From assembly GCA_019136685.1 (NCBI GenBank), contig JAGVTS010000064.1:3087-67086 (forward strand): DNA of 64,000 bases, given 5' to 3'. Under the pieces are notes generated by a model that worked only from the letters and a program-made list of their open reading frames with translations, did no database searches and was not told the origin of the DNA. Shown here in pieces: positions 37,985 to 48,858 of the stretch (position 1 is its first letter; every line of letters starts with the position of its first letter). The translations under genes and the position numbers were made by a program. This DNA comes from Bacillota bacterium. GTDB taxonomy: Bacteria; Bacillota; DTU025.

Positions 37985-40114
37985 GTGTCGGTTCGACATG
38001 CGCCACGGTCAGGATTCTGGATTCCGCCGTCGGTCATCGCAAGAAAGAGGATCTACATACTCTTTCTTCTGCTGACTGGCGTTTTTGCTGCGCTCGTCCT
38101 GCGTCTTATCTGGCTGCAGATTGTGAGGGGCCCCGAGCTCCATGCTCGTGCGCTGGAGCAGAGAATGCGGCCTGTTCCAGTCGACCCACGGCGCGGCACG
38201 ATCTACGACCGGAAGATGCGGGAGCTGGCCGTAAGTGTTAGCGCCGATTCAGTGTATGCCATTCCGGCCGAAGTTCGCGACCCCGCGTCGGTTGCGCGCA
38301 TGCTCGCCCCGCTTCTGCAAATGGGAGATGACACGCTTCTTTCGAGGCTGACTGCGCGGCAGCAGACCGTGTGGCTCAAGCGCAAGGTTGAGCATGATGT
38401 GGCGGCGCGCATCAAGGAGCTCGCAGCTCCGGGGATAGGCGTTGCAGAGAGCGGCCAGCGTTTCTACCCCAGAGACACCTTGGCAGCGCAGGTGATCGGC
38501 ATTGCAGGAATCGACAATCAGGGTCTTGAAGGTCTCGAACAGCTGTACGATGCCGAGCTCAGAGGAGTACGCGGTCAGATAGTGGCTGAGCGTGACGCTA
38601 CCGGCAAGGAGATACCCGAAGGCGAGCACTCCTATGCCCCCGCCAAAGACGGAAAGAGCATCGTACTCACCATCGATGAAGTGATCCAGTACATATGCGA
38701 GCGCGAACTCGAACGGGCCATGGCCGACACGCAATCTGAGAAAGGCATCATTCTGGCCATGGATCCAGCCACAGGCGAGGTCCTGGCCATGGCCATGCGT
38801 CCGACGTTCAACCCCAATGACTACAACCGTTACCCTTCGAGCCTGCGCCGGAACACCGCCGTGTGCGACATGTTCGAGCCTGGCTCTACTTTCAAAGTGG
38901 TCACGTCCGCGGCCGCTCTGGAAGAGGGAGTGGTCACGCCCAACACCGGGTTCTACGACCCCGGCTATGTCAAAGTTGAAGACAGGACCATACGATGCTG
39001 GAAGGCCGGAGGTCACGGATCCCAGAGTTTTACCGAGGCTGTGGAGAATTCGTGCAACCCGGTCTTTGCTACCCTCGCCGTCAGGCTCGGGCCGGAGACC
39101 TTTGCCCGCTACGTGCGTGCGTTCGGCCTCGCCGACAAGACCGGCATCGACTTCCCGGGCGAGGCAACCGGCATGATGCACAGCACGTCCAAGATGGGAC
39201 CCGTGGAGCTGGCTACGAGCGGGTTCGGACAGGGAATCTCAGTCACTCCGCTGCAGCTTCTGAACGCTCTGTGCGCTGTGGCGAACGGCGGCACTCTTAT
39301 GCAGCCTATGCTGGTCCGCGAGGTGATTGACGAGTCCGGCGCGTCCGTTCGGAAGATCCTGCCGACCCGGATCAGGCAAGTCATATCGGAGCGAAGCGCC
39401 CGACAGCTCTCCACGATACTCCAGTCCGTGGTGGTTAACGGGTCCGGCGCGCGCGCGGCGGTTCCCGGATATGCAGTGGCGGGCAAGACAGGGACCGCGC
39501 AGAAGCCTGAGCGTGGAGGGTACGGCGACAAGCGGATCGCTTCGTTCATGGGATACGCTCCGGCGAACGATCCGCGCATCGCGGTGCTGGTCGTGCTGGA
39601 TGAACCCAAGACTGATGTTAAGTACGGGGGCGTGCTCGCTGCGCCTGCCTTCGCAGCAGTGATAGCGGACGTCATGCGCTACATGGAGATTCCTCCGACG
39701 TATGCCGCGAGCGTGCCGTCACAGGAGTCAGCCTCCGGGCTCGTGACTGTGCCGGACCTGCTCGGCCTGGCCGAGCCTGAGTCGAGGGCGTCACTTAAGG
39801 CCGCTGGGCTCGTGTGCAGGCTCCAGGGCGCAGGGGCCGTTGTGACCAACCAGGTGCCCAAGGCGGGTTCGCGCGTCGCTGCCGGGACGACGGTCGTCGT
39901 TTACTTTGGTCCTGAGGAACTGTATAATCTTGAGGGCGATTTTGTGGAAGTGCCGGACGTGACTGGGAAGACTCTTAAGGAGGCCGTAATCTTGCTGGGC
40001 GCCAAAGGCTTCACAGTGCAGCCTATGGGCCGCGGCATTGTGGCGCAGCAACAACCACTGGGCGGCGCCTCGGCAAGAAAGGGCTCGGCCGTAACTATAT
40101 TCCTCGAGGAATGA
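37985..40114 (+). CDS. class B PBP with two C-terminal PASTA domains (PBP2B/SpoVD/FtsI-type)
   Basis: SxxK (GSTFKV), SxN (NSCNPVF), KTG (AGKTGTAQ), and two PASTA repeats at the C-terminus. Confidence 0.85.
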   Translation: MSVRHAPRSGFWIPPSVIARKRIYILFLLLTGVFAALVLRLIWLQIVRGPELHARALEQRMRPVPVDPRRGTIYDRKMRELAVSVSADSVYAIPAEVRDPASVARMLAPLLQMGDDTLLSRLTARQQTVWLKRKVEHDVAARIKELAAPGIGVAESGQRFYPRDTLAAQVIGIAGIDNQGLEGLEQLYDAELRGVRGQIVAERDATGKEIPEGEHSYAPAKDGKSIVLTIDEVIQYICERELERAMADTQSEKGIILAMDPATGEVLAMAMRPTFNPNDYNRYPSSLRRNTAVCDMFEPGSTFKVVTSAAALEEGVVTPNTGFYDPGYVKVEDRTIRCWKAGGHGSQSFTEAVENSCNPVFATLAVRLGPETFARYVRAFGLADKTGIDFPGEATGMMHSTSKMGPVELATSGFGQGISVTPLQLLNALCAVANGGTLMQPMLVREVIDESGASVRKILPTRIRQVISERSARQLSTILQSVVVNGSGARAAVPGYAVAGKTGTAQKPERGGYGDKRIASFMGYAPANDPRIAVLVVLDEPKTDVKYGGVLAAPAFAAVIADVMRYMEIPPTYAASVPSQESASGLVTVPDLLGLAEPESRASLKAAGLVCRLQGAGAVVTNQVPKAGSRVAAGTTVVVYFGPEELYNLEGDFVEVPDVTGKTLKEAVILLGAKGFTVQPMGRGIVAQQQPLGGASARKGSAVTIFLEE

Positions 40115-41667
40115 ACAGTATGCCTGAAAAGCAACTTGATCAGCTGCTCGCATGCCTTGACGCGCCTGAAGTAGCGGGCGATGCGCACGTCCGGGTCACG
40201 AGCCTCACATATGACTCTCGCAACGTGGCCGGCCCCGGCGCCCTCTTCGCGGCGTTTGAGGGGGCCCGATTTGATGGGCACCGTTTCATCGGCGAGGCGG
40301 TCGGGCGCGGCGCATGCGCAGTGCTCGCCTTGCCCGGACGCGCCGTGGAGGCGCCTGAAGGAGTGACTGTGGTTCGCGTGCCCGACACCCGCCGCGCGCT
40401 GGGCGCCATTGCTCGGGAGTTCTACGACGACCCATCGGGGCGGATGGCGGTAACAGGAGTGACCGGTACCAAGGGCAAGACCACTACTACATATATGGTC
40501 GCCCATATCCTGGAGTCGGTGGGGATGCCGGCAGGACTCATCGGCACAATTGGATACAGAACAGGCCGGTCGATTCGCCCTGCTCCCAACACCACGCCCG
40601 AGGCCGCCGATTTGCAGGAGATCTTCTACGAGATGCGCCAGAGCGGGCTGGATCAGGCTGTGATGGAGGTATCGTCGCACGCCATCGCGCTTGGGCGTAC
40701 TGCTCTGATCGACTTCGACGTGGCGGTTTTCACCAACATCGGCCACGACCATCTCGACTTTCACCGGACTATCGACCAGTATGCTGAAGCCAAAGCCGAC
40801 CTCTTTCGCGGGCTGGGTCGGTTCGGTCCACGGCTCGGCAAGCCGTGGCCTAAGTCGGCGGTTATCAACACCGATGATCTATACTCAATGAAGATGATCA
40901 AGGCATCCCGGGCCGCCGGAGCTCATGTAGTGGCATTCTCGGCCAAGCCCGGGCCGTGGCGAGACGGCTGTGATGATCTGGCGACAGCCGATGATGTCCA
41001 TATGGGGCGGAGCAGCACATCTTTTATCCTGCAACATGCCGCGTCAGGCGTGCGCATCCCAGTCAGGACACGCCTTGCGGGGGCCTTCAACGTCTATAAC
41101 GCCCTCGCTGCTGTGGCCGCCTCGTATGAGTTGGGAGTGTCTGTGGAGCAGTCGGCGGCTGCGCTGGCCAGTTTTTCGGGAGTCCCGGGCAGGTTCCAAT
41201 CGGTCGACCGGGGCCAGGAGTTCGCGGTCATAGTCGACTATGCCCATTCTCCCGACTCTCTGGCGAATGTTCTGGCCACTGCACGGGAGATCACTCGCGG
41301 CCACGTGATCTGCGTATTTGGTTGCGGCGGCGATCGTGACCGCACGAAGCGCCCACTCATGGGCCGGATTGCGGCTGAGATGGCAGACTACTCCATTGTC
41401 ACCTCCGACAACCCACGCAGTGAAGACCCGGCTTCTATCGCGCGGGAGGTTTCGGCGGGGATGGGGGCGAACAATGGTCGATGGGCAGTGATCCTGGACC
41501 GAGCCGAGGCTATCCGCGAGGCGATCGGGCGTGCGCGCCCGGGCGACCTGGTGCTGATAGCAGGCAAGGGCCATGAGACGTATCAGGTTTTCGCCGATCG
41601 CACCATCGATTTCGATGACGTTCAAGTGGCGGAGGCTGCTTTGAGGGAGTTGGTCCCAGGTGCTTGA
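40111..41667 (+). CDS. murE: UDP-N-acetylmuramoyl-L-alanyl-D-glutamate--2,6-diaminopimelate ligase MurE
   Basis: Mur ligase P-loop GVTGTKGKTTTT; first Mur ligase after the PBP gene in dcw order. Confidence 0.85.
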   Translation: MNSMPEKQLDQLLACLDAPEVAGDAHVRVTSLTYDSRNVAGPGALFAAFEGARFDGHRFIGEAVGRGACAVLALPGRAVEAPEGVTVVRVPDTRRALGAIAREFYDDPSGRMAVTGVTGTKGKTTTTYMVAHILESVGMPAGLIGTIGYRTGRSIRPAPNTTPEAADLQEIFYEMRQSGLDQAVMEVSSHAIALGRTALIDFDVAVFTNIGHDHLDFHRTIDQYAEAKADLFRGLGRFGPRLGKPWPKSAVINTDDLYSMKMIKASRAAGAHVVAFSAKPGPWRDGCDDLATADDVHMGRSSTSFILQHAASGVRIPVRTRLAGAFNVYNALAAVAASYELGVSVEQSAAALASFSGVPGRFQSVDRGQEFAVIVDYAHSPDSLANVLATAREITRGHVICVFGCGGDRDRTKRPLMGRIAAEMADYSIVTSDNPRSEDPASIAREVSAGMGANNGRWAVILDRAEAIREAIGRARPGDLVLIAGKGHETYQVFADRTIDFDDVQVAEAALRELVPGA

Positions 41668-43084
41668 CTACACACTCGCAAAGGTAGCGCGCGCAGTCCA
41701 AGGCGAGCTGGCAGCAGGTTCGGCTTGCGCGCGAGTACTGTCGGCCGCCATTGACAGCAGGGCTCTAGGCTCCGGCGCGCTCTTCTTTGCACTGCCCGGC
41801 GAGCGCGTCGACGGCCACGGGTTCGTGGCTCAAGCTGCGGCGGCCGGAGCAAGCGGGGCTGTAGTATCGACAGCGTATCCTCTCGACTTCTACGGCGGCT
41901 TGCCGGAGGAGTTCGGACTCATCAGGGTGGATGACCCCGCGCGGGCCCTGGCTCGTCTGGCCGGCTGGCACAGACGTCTCATGAAGGCCAGCATAGTGGG
42001 GGTAACCGGCAGTGCCGGCAAGACCACGACTAAGGACATGATTGCTGCAGTCCTGCGAGAGGGCTTCTCGGTGCTCGCAACAGAGGGGAACATGAACAAC
42101 GAGATCGGGCTGCCGCTGACGCTGCTCCGGCTTGAGCCCGACCACGATGTGGCGGTGCTGGAGATGGCGATGCGCGCCCCGGGCGAGATCGCCGCCCTTG
42201 CGGAAACGGCGCGACCGGACGTAGGCGTCATCACCAACGTGGGTTTTGCCCACATAGGTCTGCTAGGCTCGCAAAGTAGCATCGCTGACGCCAAAGCCGA
42301 GCTGATTAGCGCGTTGCCGGCTCATGGATTCGCCGTGCTCAACGGGGAGGACCCGCGCGTTCGGGCGATGGAGCGATTTGCCCCCGGGCGTTCGCTGCTC
42401 TACGGGCTATCCCCCGAGTGCCTGATCCGAGCGGTGGACGTGGCTCTGTCGGAAGACGACACATCCTTCGCGGTGACCTTGGACGGGCAGGCTCTGCCTG
42501 ACGTAAGGTTCACCGTGTCTGTGCCCGGGCGCCACAACGTGATGAATGCCCTGGCGGCGCTGGCGGTAGGCTGGCGCCTGGGAATTGAGCCCGGGGCCAT
42601 GGCTCGCGGGCTCGCCTCATTCCGGCCGTCCGCCATGAGGATGCACTTTATGCAGGCGCCGGGCGGCTTCACAGTCATAGATGACACCTACAACGCCAAT
42701 CCGGCATCTGTGCGGTGCGCCATCGACGCAGCCTTGCAGCACGCAGGGCAGCGCCGCGTCATAGCGGTCCTCGGAGACATGCTGGAGCTGGGCGATGCCG
42801 GGGTGGCAGACCACGCGGAGCTGGGTGAGTACGCCGTCTCCGAAGGGGTGTCGGGGTTGGTCACTGTGGGGTCGCTGGCTGCGCTGGCCGCGCGAAGCGC
42901 GGTTCAAGCCGGCCTGGATCCGCGCCGGTGCCGTGAGTGCGATGACAACGCCTCCGCAGCGCGCGCAGCGACTGACATGGCGAACGAGGGCGATGTGATA
43001 CTGGTAAAAGGATCGAGGGGAATGCGCATGGAGCAGATAGTGTCGGCTCTTGCTAAGGCCCCGGATAGTAGCGGTGATAGGTAA
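41660..43084 (+). CDS. murF: UDP-N-acetylmuramoyl-tripeptide--D-alanyl-D-alanine ligase MurF
   Basis: Mur ligase P-loop GVTGSAGKTTTK; position after murE. Confidence 0.85.
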   Translation: MLDYTLAKVARAVQGELAAGSACARVLSAAIDSRALGSGALFFALPGERVDGHGFVAQAAAAGASGAVVSTAYPLDFYGGLPEEFGLIRVDDPARALARLAGWHRRLMKASIVGVTGSAGKTTTKDMIAAVLREGFSVLATEGNMNNEIGLPLTLLRLEPDHDVAVLEMAMRAPGEIAALAETARPDVGVITNVGFAHIGLLGSQSSIADAKAELISALPAHGFAVLNGEDPRVRAMERFAPGRSLLYGLSPECLIRAVDVALSEDDTSFAVTLDGQALPDVRFTVSVPGRHNVMNALAALAVGWRLGIEPGAMARGLASFRPSAMRMHFMQAPGGFTVIDDTYNANPASVRCAIDAALQHAGQRRVIAVLGDMLELGDAGVADHAELGEYAVSEGVSGLVTVGSLAALAARSAVQAGLDPRRCRECDDNASAARAATDMANEGDVILVKGSRGMRMEQIVSALAKAPDSSGDR

Positions 43085-44052
43085 TGTCTGCAGTTCTCAT
43101 ACGTTCGTTAGTAGCAACTGCCGTTGCGCTTATGGCGGCAGTAGTCACAGCGCCGCCCATCATACGTTCGCTTGCCCGTCTCAAGGTTGGGCAGATCGTC
43201 AGAAGCGACGGCCCTGCGTCGCACATGGCCAAAACGGGCACGCCCACCATGGGCGGGGTCATCATGCTCATCGGTACGCTGGCCGGAAGCCTGGCCGCAG
43301 CGGGATCGCACGTGCGCGACCTGGGCTGGGCTCTGTTCGTCAGCACCGGATGCGGTCTCATCGGGATGCTCGACGACTACATCTCGATCGTCGCCCATCG
43401 TTCGCTCGGACTCAGGGCGCGGCAGAAACTGCTGCTCCAGTTGGCGCTGGGTCTGGTGCTCGGGGCCTACGGCTACATTACGCCGGGGCTGGGATCGGCG
43501 ATAGCCATCCCGTTCACGAGAGGCGCTCAACTGGATCTTGGAGTATGGTACATACCCTTCGCGGCGCTGGTGCTGGTGTCGACGACCAATGCGGTGAACC
43601 TCACCGACGGTCTGGACGGCCTGGCAGGCGGCACAGTAGCTATTGCGTCCTTTGCCTACGTGGCCATCGCGTCCCGGCTGGGCCTGCCTTCAGTGGGCGT
43701 GTTCGCGGGCGCCTTGGGCGGGGCTTGCCTGGGCTTCGTGTGGTGGAACGCTCATCCGGCGGCAGTGATCATGGGCGATACCGGGTCGCTGGCGCTGGGC
43801 GCGGCATTGGCGTCCATGGCGGTGATGACCAAGACGGAGTTGCTCTTGATCGTGATCGGCGGCGTGTTTGTCGCCGAGACCCTCTCAGTGGCTATCCAGG
43901 TGATCTCATTCAAGCTCACGCGCAGGCGGGTCTTCCGGATGGCGCCGCTTCATCACCATTTCGAGCTCGTGGGCGTGGCAGAGCCCAAGATCGTGGTGAG
44001 GTTCTGGATTGTGGCGGCGTTCTTCGCCGCCCTGGGATGCGCCGGGCTCTAG
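43084..44052 (+). CDS. mraY: phospho-N-acetylmuramoyl-pentapeptide transferase MraY
   Basis: Polytopic membrane protein with MraY motifs (KTGTPTMGG, NAVNLTDGLDGLA, HHHFEL). Confidence 0.9.
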   Translation: MSAVLIRSLVATAVALMAAVVTAPPIIRSLARLKVGQIVRSDGPASHMAKTGTPTMGGVIMLIGTLAGSLAAAGSHVRDLGWALFVSTGCGLIGMLDDYISIVAHRSLGLRARQKLLLQLALGLVLGAYGYITPGLGSAIAIPFTRGAQLDLGVWYIPFAALVLVSTTNAVNLTDGLDGLAGGTVAIASFAYVAIASRLGLPSVGVFAGALGGACLGFVWWNAHPAAVIMGDTGSLALGAALASMAVMTKTELLLIVIGGVFVAETLSVAIQVISFKLTRRRVFRMAPLHHHFELVGVAEPKIVVRFWIVAAFFAALGCAGL

Positions 44053-44092
44053 GCAGTGAAAGGAGGTGCGCCGGGGCGCCGGCGCGTGCAGT

Positions 44093-45196
44093 ATGAGCGA
44101 GCACAAGGGCCTTCCTGACCTCATGATCTTCATCATCACACTCGCGCTGCTCAGCCTGGGCATAGTGATGGTGTTCAGCGCGAGTTCAGTGACAGCCTAC
44201 CACGAACAGGGCGACGCTTACTACTACCTGAAGCGCCAGTCGCTCTGGGCCGTGATCGGCCTTGTGGCTCTGGTGATCTGCATGAACATTGATTACCGCC
44301 TGTGGGCAAAACTTGCCGGTCCGTTGATTGTGGTATCCATAATCGCCCTCACGGTAGTGCTTGTGCCGGGTGTTGGGATCACTATCTCGGGTTCCCGGCG
44401 CTGGCTCGGCGTGGGCCCAGTGCGCGTGCAGCCATCCGAATTCGCCAAACTGTCGGTGGTCATCTTCCTTGCGGCATACCTGTCGGCATCGCCTGACCGG
44501 GTTAAGAGCGTTGTGCGCGGGATATTCGTTCCCCTGATTCTCGTGGGCATATGCGTGCTTCTAGTCCTCCGCGAGCCCGATCTGGGCACCTCCATAGGCA
44601 TGGCCGCAGTGGCGTGGCTGATGCTCCTGACAGCAGGCGGAAGTCCAGGCTGGCTCGGAGGCCTGGCGGCCATGACCGCCCCTGTGATCTACCTGTATGC
44701 CAGGCATGATCCGGTGCGCATGAGACGTCTCACCTCGTTTTTGGATCCGTGGGCCGACCCGCTGGACTCGGGTTTTCACATCATCCAGTCCCTATTGGCT
44801 CTGGGTTCGGGCGGGCTTGTCGGCACGGGACTTGGGCTGTCAAGGCAGAAGTTCTACTACCTGCCGGAACAGCACACGGACTTCATATTCGCGATAATCG
44901 GCGAGGAGCTAGGTTTTCTTGGCGCGGCCACAGTGGTCTTTCTGTACGCGCTCCTTGCGTGGCGGGGGTTTCGAGCCTCGCTGAACGCCCCGGACTCCTT
45001 TGGATCGCTCTTGGCCGCCGGCATCACCATAATGGTGGCTGTGCAGGCGGCGATGAACATAGCAGTAGTTACGGGCTCGATGCCCATAACCGGCATCACG
45101 CTGCCTTTGATAAGCTCAGGAGGCTCCTCTCTGGTGCCTATGCTTGCGGGCGTAGGCATACTGCTCAACATAACGCGCCACGCAGGGCAAAGATAG
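44093..45196 (+). CDS. ftsW: SEDS-family FtsW/SpoVE
   Basis: SEDS motifs (VQPSEFAKL, GITLPLISSGGSS). ATG 44093 (MSEHKG...). This is the dcw position of ftsW/spoVE. Confidence 0.85.
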   Translation: MSEHKGLPDLMIFIITLALLSLGIVMVFSASSVTAYHEQGDAYYYLKRQSLWAVIGLVALVICMNIDYRLWAKLAGPLIVVSIIALTVVLVPGVGITISGSRRWLGVGPVRVQPSEFAKLSVVIFLAAYLSASPDRVKSVVRGIFVPLILVGICVLLVLREPDLGTSIGMAAVAWLMLLTAGGSPGWLGGLAAMTAPVIYLYARHDPVRMRRLTSFLDPWADPLDSGFHIIQSLLALGSGGLVGTGLGLSRQKFYYLPEQHTDFIFAIIGEELGFLGAATVVFLYALLAWRGFRASLNAPDSFGSLLAAGITIMVAVQAAMNIAVVTGSMPITGITLPLISSGGSSLVPMLAGVGILLNITRHAGQR

Positions 45197-45203
45197 GTGG
45201 GAG

Positions 45204-46436
45204 TTGTATCAGTTGAAGGACGATGAAGCCGGCGGCGGAGCCGGCAGACGCAAGAGATTCTTGTTCGCCGGAGGCGGCACCGGTGGACACATATACCCCG
45301 CCCTCGCCATCGCCCGTGAGCTCTTAGCCCGTTTCCCCGGATCCGAGACGCTGTTCGTCGGAGGCATGAGGGGCCTGGAGAGCGAACTCATCCCCAGAGA
45401 GGGCTTCGCGTTCAGGGCCATCTGTGTGTCGGGTTTTCGGCGCAGGCTGTCATTGGATACACTGGCCACTGCAGCCAGAGCAGGATGGGGTGTGGCGCAG
45501 TCGTTGTCAATCGTGGCGCGATTTCGTCCGGACGCGGCCATAGGCACCGGGGGCTATGCGTCGGGGCCGGCCATGCTGGCCGCGTCGTGGCTCGGCGTGC
45601 CGGTGCTCATACATGAGCAGAACGTGGTGCCTGGCGCCACTAACAGGATGTTGTCGGGGCGGGCAGCTATCGTCGCCATCAGCTGGGAGGAGTCGCGCAG
45701 GTATCTCAAGCGCCCGGATAGCGCCGTGCTCACCGGCAACCCAGTGCGCCCGGAGGTGATCACCGCTACACGCGAGGAGGGGCTGGCGGCGTTCGGCCTT
45801 GACGGATCACGGCCGACCGTGTTGGCGTTTGGAGGGAGTCAGGGCTCAGCCAGCATCAACCGTGCGTTTATCGGCGCTCTGCCGACGCTTGTGGCCCGGG
45901 GCAATGCCCAGTTCGTACTGGCGACGGGCAAGGACAAGTTCAGTCAGTCGGTCGCCCTTGCCCGAGATGTCGGAGTGCCTGTAGCCATTTCCTCAGACGG
46001 AATAGCCAGGTCGGAGCGGGGAGATATTATCATCATGCCATACATTTACAATATGCCGCAGGCCCTGGCCTGCACTGACCTGGCACTTACCAGATCTGGG
46101 GCCATTACCCTTGCGGAACTAGCTGTTCGCGGAGTGCCTGCATTGCTGGCGCCGCATCCGAATGTTCCCGATAATGTGCAGGAGAAGAATGCGCGGGCGA
46201 TGGAGCGGCGGGGCGCGGCGCGAGTGATAGTCGACAGAGACCTGGAACCGGCTGCGCTGGTCAGCGCGGTCGGATCGCTCATAGCGGATCCCGGCGCTTT
46301 GCGTGCGATGGCCGACGCTTCGCGCTCGGCAGGCATGCCCGATGCGGGAGGACGGGCGGCGGACTGCGTGGAGCGGATCATGAGGGCAGGAGGCCGGAGA
46401 CGCAGGACATGCTCCCGAATGGGCCTTTTGGCATAG
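45204..46436 (+). CDS. murG: UDP-N-acetylglucosamine--lipid I N-acetylglucosaminyltransferase MurG
   Basis: FAGGGTGGHIYPALA N-terminal signature. Start codon uncertain (TTG 45204 or 45213). Has an ~40-aa C-terminal extension. Confidence 0.85.
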   Translation: MYQLKDDEAGGGAGRRKRFLFAGGGTGGHIYPALAIARELLARFPGSETLFVGGMRGLESELIPREGFAFRAICVSGFRRRLSLDTLATAARAGWGVAQSLSIVARFRPDAAIGTGGYASGPAMLAASWLGVPVLIHEQNVVPGATNRMLSGRAAIVAISWEESRRYLKRPDSAVLTGNPVRPEVITATREEGLAAFGLDGSRPTVLAFGGSQGSASINRAFIGALPTLVARGNAQFVLATGKDKFSQSVALARDVGVPVAISSDGIARSERGDIIIMPYIYNMPQALACTDLALTRSGAITLAELAVRGVPALLAPHPNVPDNVQEKNARAMERRGAARVIVDRDLEPAALVSAVGSLIADPGALRAMADASRSAGMPDAGGRAADCVERIMRAGGRRRRTCSRMGLLA

Positions 46437-46480
46437 AATAGCATCGTCGGGGCGCCCGGGCGACAAAAGAGGTGCAATCC

Positions 46481-47893
46481 ATGGAAGCAAACGAACGCAT
46501 ACACTTCATCGGAATCGGCGGAAGCGGAATGAGCCCCCTCGCGCACATCATGTCCGGTATGGGCTGGCGCGTGTCGGGTTCTGACATACGCTACTCTCCC
46601 CATCTAGCAGATCTTGCAGCCAGAGGAGCCCAGGTCTATCAGGGTCATGACCCTTCCGTGGTTCAGGGCGCCGCCAGGGTTGTGGTGTCGGCGGCCGTGC
46701 CCCAGGGCGACCCAGAGCTTGCTGCCGCCCGCCGGCTCGGAATACCCGTGACTACCCGAGCCGAGCTTTTGGGCGAGATCATGAGGCCCCGGCGCGGGAT
46801 AGCGGTGACCGGTACTCATGGCAAGACCACCACCAGTGCCATGATAGCGCTAGTCATGGAGGAGGCGGGACTCGATCCTACGGTGGCAGTGGGCGCAGGG
46901 CTGCCGTGGATTGCCACCGGCGGCAAGGCCGGCCGCGGCGAGTTCATGGTGGTAGAAGCAGACGAAGCCTACCGGTCCTTCCTGACACTGGATCCGGAGG
47001 TCGCCGTGGTCACCAACATCGACGACGACCACAGGGACCATTACGGCTCGTTCGAGGCCATAGTTGACGCATTCACACAGTTCTTGGAGAGGATAAAGCC
47101 TCTGGGCTTTGCCGTGCTGTGCGCCGATGACCCTAACGTGGCCCGTGCAGCATCGCGGCTCCAGCGGAGGGTGGTTCGGTACGCAGTGGCGGCCGAGGCC
47201 GATTATGTCGTGTCGGAACCGCGTTCGCTCGGATTCGGATCGCGCTTCGTGGCGTTGCATCGCGGAAGGCCCATGGGACAGGTTGAGCTTTCAGTGCCCG
47301 GGATGCATAACATGAGTAACGCCATAGCCGCGATCGCTCTGTGCGATCAGCTCGGCATCGACTTTGACGTGGTGCGGACGGGGTTGGCCCGCTTCTCGGG
47401 GGCCGACCGCAGATGCCAGGTGTTGGCACGTACGCCCGATGTGACGCTGGTAGACGACTACGCGCATCATCCTGCAGAGATACGCGCCACCTTGGCTGCG
47501 CTGCGGAAGGCGGCATGCGGGAGGTTGGTGGCTGTGTTCCAGCCCCAACGATTCTCCAGGACCAGGCTACTACATGATGAATTCGTCCGCTCGTTCAGCC
47601 TCGCAGATGTGATTGCAGTTACCGAGATTTACTACGAGGGCACCGGAGAATCGCCTATCCCCGGGGTCACCGGACGACATCTAGCCGAGAGCATTGAGGC
47701 GTATGAGGGCAGGCCAGTTGTGTATCTGCCCGACCGGGACGCTCTCGAGGGTTTCCTGAGAAGCGCTGTGATCCCCGGAGATACCATCGTCACGATGGGC
47801 GCGGGCGACATATACAGGACATCGCGACGTTTCGCCGAAGAGCTACTGCGCTCGGGAGCGCAACCCGGGCCATCGGAAGACGGGCGGTGGTAA
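46481..47893 (+). CDS. murC: UDP-N-acetylmuramate--L-alanine ligase MurC
   Basis: IHFIGIGGSGMSPLA and GTHGKTTT motifs. ATG 46481 preceded by AAAGAGGTG. Confidence 0.9.
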   Translation: MEANERIHFIGIGGSGMSPLAHIMSGMGWRVSGSDIRYSPHLADLAARGAQVYQGHDPSVVQGAARVVVSAAVPQGDPELAAARRLGIPVTTRAELLGEIMRPRRGIAVTGTHGKTTTSAMIALVMEEAGLDPTVAVGAGLPWIATGGKAGRGEFMVVEADEAYRSFLTLDPEVAVVTNIDDDHRDHYGSFEAIVDAFTQFLERIKPLGFAVLCADDPNVARAASRLQRRVVRYAVAAEADYVVSEPRSLGFGSRFVALHRGRPMGQVELSVPGMHNMSNAIAAIALCDQLGIDFDVVRTGLARFSGADRRCQVLARTPDVTLVDDYAHHPAEIRATLAALRKAACGRLVAVFQPQRFSRTRLLHDEFVRSFSLADVIAVTEIYYEGTGESPIPGVTGRHLAESIEAYEGRPVVYLPDRDALEGFLRSAVIPGDTIVTMGAGDIYRTSRRFAEELLRSGAQPGPSEDGRW

Positions 47894-47897
47894 CTCG

Positions 47898-48815
47898 ATG
47901 ACGAGCATGGTCACGGGCGAGCAAGCCAGACGACTTGAGATGGTGTACGGCGGAAAAGTCATGCTGAACGAGCCGATGAAGAGATACACGTCGTTTCACA
48001 TCGGCGGTCCGGCTGACGCACTGGTTGAACCGCACGACGTGGAAGCCCTGCAGAGGGTGTTGCAGTGGGCCTGGAACGAGGGGCTGCCCGTTTTCGTGCT
48101 CGGCAACGGAACCAACTTGCTCGTGGCGGACGAGGGAATCCGGGGAGTCGTGGTGAGGGTGGGCCCCGGCCTTGACGACATTTCGTTCGAGGGCGCATAT
48201 GTACGGGCGGGCGCCGGGGTGAACTTGCCCGTGCTGGCCAGGGAGTGTGCCGAGCGGGGGCTCGCAGGCCTTGAGTGGGCCGTGGGAATCCCCGGCTCGC
48301 TGGGCGGCGCCCTCACGATGAACGCAGGCGCGTACAGTCACACAGTCGGCGACGTGACCCGCGAGGTCAGGATGATCGGCCTAGATGGCACGTTCTCAGT
48401 CAAGACAGGCGAAGAGATGCAGTTTACGCAGAGGTCCAGCCGGCTTTCGCACGGCGACGTCATAGCATACCAGGCGCTCCTGGCCTTGCGCCACGCAGAC
48501 CCTGACGAGATACGTGCCCGCACAGCAGGGTACATGAAAGACAGGAAGATCAAGCAACCTCTCCACATGCCCAGCGCGGGATGTGTATTCCAGAACCCAT
48601 CAGGGCGGGGGGCCGGCAGGTACATAGATGCGGCCGGGCTCAAAGGGCTCCGAGTGGGCGGAGCCGAAGTATCGCAGGTCCATGCCAATTTCATCGTCAA
48701 CATAGGCGGCGCCAGTGCTCGCGATGTGCTTATCCTGATGGGCGTGATCAGGCGCACCGTGTACGAAAAGTTCGGGGTGGACTTAGTGCCCGAGGTACGT
48801 GTAGTAGGCGGCTAG
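47898..48815 (+). CDS. murB: UDP-N-acetylenolpyruvoylglucosamine reductase MurB
   Basis: FAD-binding domain pattern (..GGPADALVEP.., GNGTNLLV, ...GLEWAVGIPGSLGGA). Confidence 0.85.
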   Translation: MTSMVTGEQARRLEMVYGGKVMLNEPMKRYTSFHIGGPADALVEPHDVEALQRVLQWAWNEGLPVFVLGNGTNLLVADEGIRGVVVRVGPGLDDISFEGAYVRAGAGVNLPVLARECAERGLAGLEWAVGIPGSLGGALTMNAGAYSHTVGDVTREVRMIGLDGTFSVKTGEEMQFTQRSSRLSHGDVIAYQALLALRHADPDEIRARTAGYMKDRKIKQPLHMPSAGCVFQNPSGRGAGRYIDAAGLKGLRVGGAEVSQVHANFIVNIGGASARDVLILMGVIRRTVYEKFGVDLVPEVRVVGG

Positions 48816-48858
48816 GCTAGGTGTTGGCCTCGCTTAATAAGGCTTTGAGGTGGAATCC

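Noticed and set aside
45204-46436. Possible murG-murD fusion or murD remnant to explain the missing murD
   Set aside because: The ORF is single-domain MurG-like (GGTGGHIYPA..., 410 aa). The extra ~40 C-terminal residues are low-complexity and show no Mur-ligase P-loop.
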